Of a stretch of DNA of 64,000 bases, positions 1 to 10,089 are shown piece by piece. How positions within the stretch are numbered: the first letter of the stretch is position 1; each line of letters opens with the position of its first letter. The stretch comes from Raja brachyura (lineage: Eukaryota), in contig OY740803.1 in assembly GCA_963514005.1 (NCBI GenBank), forward strand, positions 15,562,001 through 15,626,000, read 5' to 3'. Below the pieces are notes generated by a model. It did not search any database. It was not told the DNA's origin and worked only from the letters and a program-made list of their open reading frames with translations. A program made the translations under genes and the position numbers.

Positions 1-79
1 TGGAGTCATCCGGGTGCTCTGGTTTCCTCCCACATTCCAGGTTTGCAGGTTAATTGACTTCTGTAAATTGTCCCTAGTG

Positions 80-640
80 TCATAAGGTCATAAGTGATAG
101 GAGCAGAATTAGGCCATTCGGCCCATCAAGCCTACTCCGCCATTCAGACATGGCTGATCTTTATCTCCCTCCTAACCTGATTCGCCTGCTTCTCCCCATA
201 ACCCCTGACACCCGTACTAATCAAGAATCTAACTATCTCTACTGTACAAAAATATCCATTGACTTGGCCTCCACAGCCTTCTGTGGCAAAGAATTCCACA
301 GATTCGCCACCCACTGACTAAAGAAATTCCTCTCCCACTGGTGGAAACATCCTCAGCACATCCACTCTATCCAAGCTTTTCACTACTCGGTATCTTTCAA
401 TGAGGTCCCAACTCATTCTTCTAAACCCCAGCAAGTACAGGCCCAGTGCAATCATGAATTAACCCAATCATTCCTCGGATCATTCTTGTAAATCTCCTCT
501 GGACCCTCTCCAGAGCCAGCACATCATTCCTCAGATATGGTGCCCAAAATTGCTCACAATACTCCAAATGAGGCCTGACCAGCGCCTTATAGTCTCAGCA
601 TTACATTCCTGCTAATGTATTCTAGTCCTCTTGAAATAAA
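80..640 (-). mobile_element. Old CR1-like LINE 3' fragment inserted in a SINE
   Basis: Reverse complement resembles the CR1 RT C-terminus and 3'UTR of the young copy at 35680-36445; SINE pieces on both sides (1-80, ~645-680). Boundaries approximate. Confidence 0.75.
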
Positions 641-1138
641 TGCTAGTGTGTAGGATTGGACTAGTGTACGGGTGTTGATTGCAAGACATCTATCTACACA
701 TAACCTATATCCTACCATTCCCTGCATATTCATGTGACGTTAATGGTATAGAGGCTTTCCGATGGATATGCAGTATATGGAGGGATATGGGCCACTTGCA
801 GGCTGGTGAGGTTGATTTATCGTGGCATTATGTTTGGCACAGACACGAAGGGCTTGTTCATGAGCTGTTCTATGTTCAATGTTCTATGTAAGTGGATGAT
901 CAGGCATGGCTATGTTCAATAAGGGAGCAAGCCCAAAGGCAAATCATAAGTTTGTGAGTTCATGTCATAGGAACAAAATGAGACCATTCAACGCATTGAG
1001 TCTACTTTGCTGTTGAATAATGGCTGATATTTATTTCCCTCTCAACGTCATTCTCCTGCCTTATCCCCATAACCTTTGACACCCTTGCGAATCAAGAACC
1101 TGTCAATCTCCACTTTAAAATGACCCAATGACTTTGCC

Positions 1139-1297
1139 TCAGTGGGTGAGGCAGCATCTATGGAGCAAAGGAAATAGGCAAAGTTTCAGGTCGAAACCCA
1201 TCTGCAGACGGTTCCTTTGCTCCATAGATGCTGCCTCACCCGCTGAGTTTCTCCAGCATTTTTGTCTCCCTTCGATTTTCTGCAGTTCCTTCTTAAA
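1139..1297. mobile_element. Fold-back Penelope pLTR-derived element with 13-bp TSD
   Basis: Inverted arms (GGGTGAGGCAGCATCTATGGAGCAAAGGAA / TTCCTTTGCTCCATAGATGCTGCCTCACCC); exact TSD CAATGACTTTGCC at 1126-1138 and 1298-1310. Confidence 0.8.
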
Positions 1298-2199
1298 CAA
1301 TGACTTTGCCGCCACAGCCGTCTGTGGCAATAGCCTGCTCCTGCTTGTATTTTCTATGTTTCTCTGTTGCTGTGGATGAAACCACAAACAAAATGGCTCT
1401 CTACACTCAGTCTTGAATGCTGCCAAAAATTTTCACTCGTTGTTTGCATTAGATGAATAGTGCCGTTGTGATAGACATTTGCAGCTGAATAAACCTGTCT
1501 GTAATGTCAGGCCTCTGTCCTTATCGACATGGGTACCATAAACACAATTTGTGGGTGTCATCAGGCAACTGACTAGAAAAATTGGCTTGAAGGTAGGCTC
1601 TGCTATGACTTTGGCAGTCACCAGGGAAAACATTAATGTTGACTATGAGAAGTTGGAGGTGGGATGCTATTGGGAGGGGGGGTGATATAGCTGGTGGTGA
1701 TAAGGAAGAGTAGTCAGTGGTGATGGGAAAGTGGAACCCAGATCAAGAACCTGGTAGGATCCTGGAATGAAGAAGGTTATGATGTGGGCTTACAGGTCCT
1801 GGGCATTTTGGAGGTGGGACTGTTGATGGCTGACAATTACATTTGATACTTTAATTTGCGGCCTCCCATTTCCAGTGTCATTAAAGTTTATTTTACATCT
1901 AATTTGATTAGTTGTGGCGTGTAGCACTCACTTCCTGGACGGTTTGAGTGGATGCAGGTTAAATTAATTTCCTGGAAAATACTAACTGCATTTAGAGTCC
2001 CATAATGTGAGAGAATCCCAGGCATGTGGTGGGCCCCTTGGAGAAGTTGTGAAGGCCCTTATTCCCATTTCACACAAGCCTTTTGTTTTGCTCACATAGT
2101 GTGTCGGAAGGAACTGCAGATGCTGGTTTATACCGAAGATAAAAACAAAATGCTGGAGTAACTCAGCAAGTCAGGCAGCATCTCTGAAGAAAAGGAACA

Positions 2200-2600
2200 T
2201 AAAGACATACCGTAGAAAGTATTTTATCAAGATGCTTTCACAGCACGGTTTGGGAACAGCTCCATCCAAGACTGCAAAGAATCGCAGAGAATTGTGGATG
2301 CAGCCCAGACCATCATACAAACCAACCTCCTTTCCATTGACTCCATTTACAACTCATGCTGCCTTGGCAAGGCCAGCACCATTATCATGGACGAGTCGCT
2401 CGCAAGAGGGATATAAGTGTGAAAACGCACACCTTCTGATTCAGGGATCATTTCTTCCCAGCTGTTACCTTTATCATGTATGTGTACACTGTGGATGGAT
2501 CGAATGTAATCATGTATTGTCTTTCCTCTGACTAGTTAGCATGCAACGAAAGCTTTTCACCGTACCTCGGTACACGTGACAATAAATTAAAATAAAACTA
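2200..2600 (+). mobile_element. Rex1/Babar-like LINE 3' remnant
   Basis: Degenerate 'TA.FGNSS.QD.K..QRIV.AAQ' coding signature, then a 3'UTR ending in AATAAA and an A-rich tail. Confidence 0.6.
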
Positions 2601-3316
2601 AAATCAATAGGTGATATTTCGGGTCAGAACCCTTCTTCAGACTGAAAGATAGAGGTGGGGTGCTGGGAGGGAGGTTGGTGGTGGGGGAAGGTTGGTAAAG
2701 GCTGGAGGCGAGAAAAGGCCAGAGCAAATCATATTGTGGTTCATTCTTGTCTATATTGGCGGTTTAAGAAGCAATTCACTGTCTGGAAAACAGGTGCAGT
2801 AGAGCCAAATTTCTAGAACATGATTTTCAATGTAGCACATTCCTTTCTTTATAAGTGGGAGAAAATCTCTGCAGGCAACAAATGAAGTCCAATAGATCTT
2901 TTGGAAAATGTGGATGTGTCTTTCCCTTGGGATGCTGACTGTAAAGCTCTCACCGGAAATATTCTTGTGTCTGTTTTCAGATGCAACTTCCCACCACCCC
3001 AGGGAAAATTGGACTAAAATGTGAATGGAAGCAGAGCATTAAAAAGGAAAAAAAATGTGTCTTTCCAACTGCTAACACTTGGAAGATGTGAAAAGGAAAT
3101 TGTTAAATGTTATTATGTAATGTGACAGAAGGAACTATAGGTACTTGGATGGCATTACATTTTCTTTTCAAGGAAAAGTACCATGCATCTAAAATATTGG
3201 GTGCATTTTGAACCTTACATTAAACATCAAGCTTGGTATTGTTCCGTAGAGGAAATATATGCATCTCCTTTCAATTGAAGGAGTAGATTACTTTGTAGTA
3301 TAATTGGCCTCTGCAA

Positions 3317-3378
3317 TTTCATTTCGGAGTCACGTGAGTGACTTCGTGAAGAGCCCGCCGGCGCGCATGCTCGACATA
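3317..3378 (+). repeat. DIRS left inverted terminal repeat with 5' extension
   Basis: 3343-3378 is the exact reverse complement of 8372-8407 (36 bp); 3317-3352 is the exact reverse complement of ICR 8146-8181. Confidence 0.95.
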
Positions 3379-3516
3379 TCGTCGTAACGCGTTGCTGCGA
3401 CGGCTGGCGGTGGAGCGCGCTCCTCGCCAGCCCTTCATAAGGGGCCACGGAGGTGAGTATTCCACCTTTAGTTGGTGGTCCTTGTTGTCTGATTATGTCT
3501 TGCAGCAAGGACATGG

Positions 3517-5095
3517 ATGGGAGTTCGAAGGGCCGGAGGACGTCAGGCGTCGGCAACGTCCACGATGTGGGCAGCCGGCAAGACTGCGCGGGCCCCAGGC
3601 AGCCATGCTTCGGCTGGGGCCGACACTTCGCCGCATGTGCCCTTAGTGGCAGCGGCTTCAGCTCTCGCTAAACGGAGGCGATTGAACACGCCCGCGCAGG
3701 AATCGCGCAGTTTCGCCTCGGCGGCTGTTAGCGACAACTACCGGCACCGGCAGGGCCTCGACGAGGTGCGGGCCGATGACAGGAGCCCGGTTTTCTTTTC
3801 AGAGCCGGAGGACTCCGACCACCTGAGTGTTCAGGGTGAAGGGCGTATTGACCGTATGGAGCGGCTGCTGGAGCTCCTGCTTCAACGTCAACAACAGCAG
3901 GGCAGCAACAGGCACAGGGCGTCTTCACCAACATCTTCCAGAACAAGGGGTCACAGTCTAAGGATAAGGGGGAATTCCTTTAGGACCGAAATGAGGAAAA
4001 CATTCTTTACACAGAGAGTGGTGAGTCTCTGGAATTCTCTGCCACAGAAGGTAGTTGAGGCCAGTTCATTGGCTATATTTAAGAGGGCGTTAGATGTGGC
4101 ACTTGTGGCTAAAGGGATCAGGGGGTATGGAGAGAAGGCAGGTACGGGATACTGAGTTGGATGATCAGCCATGATCACATTGAATGGCGGTGCAGGCTCG
4201 AAGGGCCGAATGGCCTACTCCTGCACCTATTTTCTATGTTTCTATGTTTCTATCTACTATCAGCCTGGAGCAGCACGAGGAGGAGGTTCTGGTGGATCCC
4301 GTACCACCTCCGGTGGAGGTGCCAGCGGAGGAACTTTTGGATGTGGCGACCAAATTCGCGGCCCCACATACGGCTGGTCTTCCTCTCAATTCAAAGCTGG
4401 CAGCCACAGTGGACTTTCTTAATAATCAGGTGCTGCAGGAAGAAGTCCTCATCCAGGCTATGAGCCGTCACAAGGCTCCATCAAACTGCAACTCCCTCAA
4501 CGTGCCTGTGGTCAATATGCCAATATGGGGCAACATCAGTGCGGCTATCCGTCAACAAGAGCTACAATTGCAGCGGATCCTGAAACTCCTCACGGCCGGT
4601 ATTACCGCCTTTGCGCGGTCGGTGGACGAGGACGAGCTGAATTTGGACCAGGAAGATGCTCTGGCCTTATTGTGCGCGACCCAGCACGAAATCAACGGGT
4701 TTCGCAAAAACAGCATCCGCCCAGCACTCAACCCGAAGTTTGCAGGATTGTGCAAACCACCGCCGCCGCCGCCGCCCCGTCAGCTCTTTGGTGAGGACCT
4801 CTCGAAGAGAGTCAAAGAGCTTGACGAACAAGCCAAAACGGTGGGGATCATGCGCTCTAAGAGTGCCCCCACACCGTCCGGCTCAAAAGCTCCATACATT
4901 CGCTCACGAGGGTCGGCCAGTGCCTCGACGAGGACTCACCCTCTAGCTCCACAACGACAACAACACCAGAACCAGCACCAAGGGTCTTTTTTAGGACAGG
5001 GTCGGCAGAGACCTTTTTGGAAATCGAAGACGCCGCGCCCTCAAGCCAACCCAGCACCTCCACGGCCACCCACACGTGTCAAGGACCGCCGGTAA
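3517..5095 (+). pseudogene. DIRS ORF1 (gag-like), interrupted by a CR1 insertion
   Basis: Joining 3517-3936 to 4256-5095 restores one 419-aa frame (...SPTS|TISLEQ...). Carries DIRS gag-like motifs NCNSLNVPVVN..IW, RKNSIRPALN..F..LC and LFGEDL. Confidence 0.88.
3937..4251 (+). mobile_element. Young 5'-truncated CR1 (HER1-like) LINE insertion
   Basis: Encodes the RT C-terminus (TRGHSL..FFTQRVV.LWNSLP), has a (TTTCTATG)n tail and an ATCT duplication (3933-3936 / 4252-4255). Identical to 36128-36445 except for one T in the tail. Confidence 0.95.
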
Positions 5096-7026
5096 CCACG
5101 GAGGTGAGGGGGTCTGGTTCTCTCTTTTCTCTCTGTTTAACTTCCCATGTTGGTGGTCATTTACGGTTGTTTTTGGATGCATGGGGTAATTTTACTGGTG
5201 ATGAGTATGTGTTGCGGAATATTCAGGGGCATAAAATTGAGTTTATTAATGGCGACATTCCTCCATCCCAGCACATGCCTGGTCGTACGTTCAAATTGTC
5301 TGCTGCAGAACAGGCAGCAGGTTACAAGGAAATTTTAAGTTTGGAACAGAAGGGTGTGATTGAGAAAACAGTGCATGAGCCGATTGAATTTGTTTCGAAC
5401 ATATTTACTAGACCTAAGAAGGATGGAGGCTGTCGTGTCATTATTGATCTAACCCGTTTGAATACGTTTGTAACATATACTCATTTTAAAATGGATACGT
5501 TTGAAACAGCCAAATCATTGATTTCTCATGGCTGCTTTATGGCATGCATTGATTTGAGGGATGCATATTATTCAGTATCCATCCAGAAAGATGATAGAAG
5601 GTTTTTGAAATTTATCTGGATGGGGCAACTTTGGCAGTATAAGGCTTTGCCTAATGGGCTTACTACAGCCCCTAGATTGTTCACTAAATTGGTGAAGCCA
5701 ATCATGGCTTATTTGAGACAACGACATCATATAGTTATGGCCTATTTAGATGATGTCTTTATTGTGGGCCACACCCTGCAATTGGCTGAACAGGGTGTTG
5801 CAGCTGCTGTCAATATATTTCAACAATTAGGATTCATTGTCCATCCAGAGAAATCAAAGTTCTGCCCTGCCCAGGTAATTAATTACCTAGGGTTCACGGT
5901 GAACTCAATGAGCATGAGGATAACTATACCAATTAACAAAATTGAGGAAGTCACTAAGGTGTGCAGAGATTTAATTGGCACCAATATACCATCGATTCGG
6001 CATACAGCCACAGTAATTGGCAAGTTAGTGGCTTTGTTTCCGGCAGCACGATATGGACCTTTGCATTATCAGAATTTGCAAAGAGCTAAAATTACTGCGT
6101 TAAAATGGAACGCTGGTCATTACGATCGATCTATGCAGCTGCCGTCCGAAGCGATAACTGAGTTGCAATGGTGGGTGTGTCACATTAGCAACTCATTTAA
6201 GCCTGTCAGGGAGGCTAATCCGGTGGTATATTTACAGACTGATGCAAGCTCCAATGGCTGGGGAGCTACTGATAATTGCTCTAGTTGTGGGGGTAGATGG
6301 GACACCCTTGAGGCATCGATGTTGTTGACTCAAGGGATTAACTATTTGGAGTTGCTGGCAGCATTCCACGGACTTCGTGCATATTGTTCCAAGCTTGTTG
6401 GAGCACACGTCCGTCTCCAAATAGACAACACCACAGCTGTGGCATATTTAAACCATATGGGTGGTACCAGGTCAGTTTCGTGTGACAAATTGGCTAACTC
6501 AATTTGGCTCTGGTGTATTCAAAGAGACATTTGGATTTCAGCTACCTATTTGCCAGGTGAGCTTAATACTGTGGCGGACACCAGGTCACGCAAATTTAAT
6601 GACAACATTGAATGGATGTTGCATCCTGAGATTTTTGCTAAAGTCACAGCCAAATTTGGTAAACCGGACATTGACCTTTTTGCGTCACGGTTGAACCATC
6701 AGGTACCAGCCTACGTTTCATGGGAACCAGATCCTGGGGCAATAGCGCTAGATGCATTCTCGCTGGACTGGGGGAATTGGGTTTTCTATGCCTTCCCTCC
6801 GTTTTGCCTCATCAGTCGGGTATTGCGAAAGATTCAGGCAGATGCTGCCAAGGGCATCCTTATTATACCCGACTGGCCCACACAGCCTTGGTATCCGGTG
6901 GTCTTTGACATGCTCAACGAACCTTGGGTCCTTTTGAAGGGTTGCCCACAATTGGTTACTCACCCTGTGTCAGGGGAGCCACATCCCTGCCATGGCTATT
7001 TAAATTTGTTGGCTTGCAGGTTCTGA
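5017..7026 (+). CDS. DIRS pol: reverse transcriptase, RNase H and Dam-like methyltransferase domain
   Basis: Uninterrupted 669-codon frame. RT: IDLRDAYY, LPNGL, YLDD (5743-5754). RNase H: TDAS, INYLELLA, DNTTAV, NTVAD. MT: DLFAS (6673), YAFPPF (6787), PDWPTQPWY. True start uncertain. Confidence 0.95.
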   Translation: MEIEDAAPSSQPSTSTATHTCQGPPVTTEVRGSGSLFSLCLTSHVGGHLRLFLDAWGNFTGDEYVLRNIQGHKIEFINGDIPPSQHMPGRTFKLSAAEQAAGYKEILSLEQKGVIEKTVHEPIEFVSNIFTRPKKDGGCRVIIDLTRLNTFVTYTHFKMDTFETAKSLISHGCFMACIDLRDAYYSVSIQKDDRRFLKFIWMGQLWQYKALPNGLTTAPRLFTKLVKPIMAYLRQRHHIVMAYLDDVFIVGHTLQLAEQGVAAAVNIFQQLGFIVHPEKSKFCPAQVINYLGFTVNSMSMRITIPINKIEEVTKVCRDLIGTNIPSIRHTATVIGKLVALFPAARYGPLHYQNLQRAKITALKWNAGHYDRSMQLPSEAITELQWWVCHISNSFKPVREANPVVYLQTDASSNGWGATDNCSSCGGRWDTLEASMLLTQGINYLELLAAFHGLRAYCSKLVGAHVRLQIDNTTAVAYLNHMGGTRSVSCDKLANSIWLWCIQRDIWISATYLPGELNTVADTRSRKFNDNIEWMLHPEIFAKVTAKFGKPDIDLFASRLNHQVPAYVSWEPDPGAIALDAFSLDWGNWVFYAFPPFCLISRVLRKIQADAAKGILIIPDWPTQPWYPVVFDMLNEPWVLLKGCPQLVTHPVSGEPHPCHGYLNLLACRF

Positions 7027-8003
7027 ACAGGCCGTTAGTCCAATACGGCCTCTCGGCTCGGACCATGGATACCATCGGGGCGTCGTGTCGAGAGTCCACA
7101 AGGCGAAGATACCGCTCGCATATTAAGAAGTGGGAAGCCTACTGCAGCCGCTCTCGCATCACGTACGATGACGTGACAATAACCGACGTCCTGGAATTCC
7201 TCGCGGGGTTGCACCATGATGAACACTTAAGTTACAGTGCCATCAACAGCGCCAGAAGTGCGCTATCATTCTACCTCAAGATTGGGGTAGGATCCAACAG
7301 GCTAGTGTCCAGACTCATGCGGGGTATATTCAATATGAATCCGCCTACACCACGCTATAATATCACCTGGGATGTCAGGGACGTATTAACCCTGCTCAGG
7401 ACGTGGTCTCCCATGGAAGGGCTCCAACTGGACCAACTCACCATGAAGCTGGTGATGTTACTAGCGCTGACTTCAGCTCAGAGGGTACAGACACTACACA
7501 AACTGCGTGTCGACAGAATGACATCTACCCCTACAGAAGTAGTCTTTTTCGTTGACGAGCTACTAAAGCAGCATAGACCTGGGTGCACAGGGCTGCAGCT
7601 GAAGTTCCCGGCATACCCCGCAGATGCTAGGCTATGTTTAGCCTCACATATCCGCCACTATGTCAAGGTGACGGCACGCATCAGAGGAATGGAGAGATAC
7701 CTGCTTGTCACTCATAAGAGACCTCATCATCGAGTGACAGTCCAGACGATATCCAGGTGGCTTCGAGTCGTCTTGGGTAAGTCAGGTATCGACACTAATG
7801 TGTTCAAGTCTCATTCCACCAGGGCTGCATCGACGTCAGCGGCGAGTGTCATGGAGGTGCCCATGGACCAAATTCTCGCCACAGCAGGATGGGCGAATGA
7901 AGCTGTGTTCCAGCGTTTTTATAACAAGCCTGTTGCTGCTCCTCTACAGTTCGCAGAAGCCGTGCTGAATGCAGGTCAAGAACGTGGAGATGTCCCCGCA
8001 TGA
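6924..8003 (+). CDS. DIRS tyrosine recombinase
   Basis: Catalytic residues present: R (SAQR, 7482), K (LLKQ), HSTR (7812-7823), AGW, and Y (FYNKP, 7920). N-terminal SAM-like region (ESTRRRY..W, YSAINSARSALS). Overlaps the end of pol in another frame; first ATG at 7065. Confidence 0.95.
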   Translation: MGPFEGLPTIGYSPCVRGATSLPWLFKFVGLQVLNRPLVQYGLSARTMDTIGASCRESTRRRYRSHIKKWEAYCSRSRITYDDVTITDVLEFLAGLHHDEHLSYSAINSARSALSFYLKIGVGSNRLVSRLMRGIFNMNPPTPRYNITWDVRDVLTLLRTWSPMEGLQLDQLTMKLVMLLALTSAQRVQTLHKLRVDRMTSTPTEVVFFVDELLKQHRPGCTGLQLKFPAYPADARLCLASHIRHYVKVTARIRGMERYLLVTHKRPHHRVTVQTISRWLRVVLGKSGIDTNVFKSHSTRAASTSAASVMEVPMDQILATAGWANEAVFQRFYNKPVAAPLQFAEAVLNAGQERGDVPA

Positions 8004-8145
8004 GGGGTTTTTGATTTGTTATTAATAAATATGCTTTTGTTTTGCAGTATGAGCTATTGAGCCAGTTTGTTCCTCCCATCCATCCCTGGTAGTGGTGTGT
8101 CAGCATGGACGTGGTCCAGGGCGTGTAATCACAGAAGCTTTGAAG

Positions 8146-8258
8146 TCTTCACGAAGTCACTCACGTGACTCCGAAATGAAATAGTAAGATTGAACGAGAA
8201 CTTACCAGTTCGAAGGTTGATCTTTATTTCATGAGGAGTCGAAGTGAGGGATTTCGTG
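8146..8258 (+). other. DIRS internal complementary region (ICR)
   Basis: 8146-8181 is complementary to the element's 5' end and 8179-8258 to its 3' end (8402-8481). The two halves share AAA (8179-8181), matching the terminal TTT of the circle junction. Confidence 0.95.
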
Positions 8259-8371
8259 CCCTCCTCGCCCAACCCTCAATCACCTTCATCTGGTAATCTT
8301 AGTCAATTCAATCATACTATGCGAAGTCATTTCTATTGTTGGTTCTGTGATTCCACGCCGCTACTTTGAAG

Positions 8372-8481
8372 TATGTCGAGCATGCGCGCCGGCGGGCTCT
8401 TCACGAAATCCCTCACTTCGACTCCTCATGAAATAAAGATCAACCTTCGAACTGGTAAGTTCTCGTTCAATCTTACTATTT
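8372..8481 (+). repeat. DIRS right ITR plus 3' extension
   Basis: 36-bp ITR followed by a 74-bp extension complementary to the ICR; AATAAA at 8432-8437; ends in TTT. Confidence 0.95.
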
Positions 8482-8538
8482 GCCATTAGAATGTAGGAAG
8501 TGGATATGAATGTGGGTTAACATAGAACTAGAGTGAAC

Positions 8539-8724
8539 AGGGTACACAAAAGGCTGGAGAAACTCAGCGGGTGCAGCAGCATCTAAGGAGCGAAGGAGAT
8601 AGGCAACGTTTCGGGCCAAAACGTTGCCTATCTCCTTCGCTCCTTAGATGCTGCTGCACCCGCTGAGTTTCTCCAGCCTTTTGTGTACCCTCAATTTTCC
8701 AGCATCTGCAGTTCCTTCTTTAAC
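8539..8724. mobile_element. Fold-back Penelope pLTR-derived element with perfect 73-bp arms
   Basis: 8539-8611 is the exact reverse complement of 8619-8691; flanking direct repeat ACTAGA(G/A)TGAACAGG at 8527-8541 and 8725-8739. Confidence 0.85.
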
Positions 8725-8829
8725 ACTAGAATGAACAGGTTCACTAGAGTAAACCATAGGTGGTTGGCATGGAATCAATGGATGGAAGGGCCTGTTTCCA
8801 TGCATCTTTTAATCAATCAAGCAATTTAC

Positions 8830-9065
8830 AGCAGCATGGTGGCGCAGTGGTAGAGTTGCTGCCTTTTACAGAGCCAGAGATTTAACTGGGTTTTAACCTA
8901 ATTATGGGTGCTGTCTGTGTAGAGCTTGTACGTTCTCTATGTGTCCGCGTGTGTAGGATGCAAAAACTGGGATAATATGTAACTAGTGTACGTATGGTCG
9001 ATGGTCGGCTTGGACTCGGTGGCCGAAGGGCATGTTTCCATGATGTATCTCTAAACGAAACAAAA
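8830..9065 (+). mobile_element. tRNA-head SINE (V-SINE/HE1-like), internally deleted
   Basis: A-box TGGCGCAGTGG, body GGTGCTGTCTGTGTAGAG and CR1-like tail GGCCGAAGGG..TGTTTCC; followed by (ATCA)n. Confidence 0.75.
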
Positions 9066-9070
9066 CAATT

Positions 9071-9101
<31 letters not shown>

Positions 9102-10089
9102 TATTCAGTAATATACTGCCATCAAGACACCTTTTTAATCAGCAGACTCAAGGAACTGCAGATGCTAGTTATAATAAACCCAAAAAAAGGCACAAAATGC
9201 AGGAGTAACTCAGTAGGTCAGACAGCATCTCTGGAAAATATGGATACATTACGTTTTGTTTTGGGACCCTTCTTCAGACTGAAGAAGGGTTTCAAACTGG
9301 AACATCGCCTGTCCATGTTTTGAAGAGGGGTCCCGAATTGAAATGTCACCTATCCACGTTCTCCAGGGATGCTGCAGGACCCACTGAGTTCCTCCAACAC
9401 TTTGTGTCACCTTTTTACTCAGTATTGGATTCATCTGATAAAATTAACTACCCATGTTGTTTCTCTGCGAATAAATGCCACGTCATTTTCATCCTTCACT
9501 ATCTGCACTGGTACACACTGAAATGAGTCCTAGAGAGAGGTCAATATTCCAGCCATGCACTACTTGCAGCTGCAGGTTGGGATGAATGAGTAGGTGCCAC
9601 ATCGAGGTTAGGCCTTGGGATAATTTGCAGTGAAGCCTTTGAAAGGCAAGAGCTAAGCATCCTCCCATGAAGTAAAATAAACACTTAGGATCTGTTAGGG
9701 GCCTTTCCAAAGATCTGCTTTCCAATGCTTTTATCTTGAATGCTGGAGGTTGCCAAGGTCTCATCCATTTGATACAGCTTTAGTTGAACAGGCACTGACC
9801 AATGAGTAATGTTAGGAAGTTGGAAAAATGAATAATGGCACTTTTAGCTTGCCATCATCATCTGTCCCAAAGCTGTTTCTGCCCTCTGAGAATTATCTGG
9901 CTGATATAGTGTGTAATCACAGCTGGTAGGTCAGGATTTCACACCTACCCAGCTGTCAAGCTGAAACTAGATTTCAACCAAAAAATGTAGCCCACTAAGC
10001 GGCAGTGTGCTGAGTTAGGGTGTTGTTCATCCAATTGATTTTGGCTCACTTATTTCATTCAATTATTTTACTTTTTCCACTTTCCTACT

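Larger units (their letters stand above)
3317..8481 (+). mobile_element. Full-length DIRS1-like tyrosine-recombinase retrotransposon
   Basis: Begins and ends with TTT, with no longer TSD. Has ITRs, an internal complementary region, and gag, RT/RH/MT and YR ORFs in DIRS order. Confidence 0.96.

Noticed and set aside
3453-3505. Small leader intron GTGAGT...TTGCAG
   Set aside because: Only 53 nt, short for a vertebrate intron, and it does not put the upstream ACG in the gag frame. Kept only as a possible donor.
6924-8003. Phage integrase or bacterial contamination
   Set aside because: The YR sits in a DIRS RT/ITR/ICR architecture that contains a host LINE and is flanked by vertebrate repeats.
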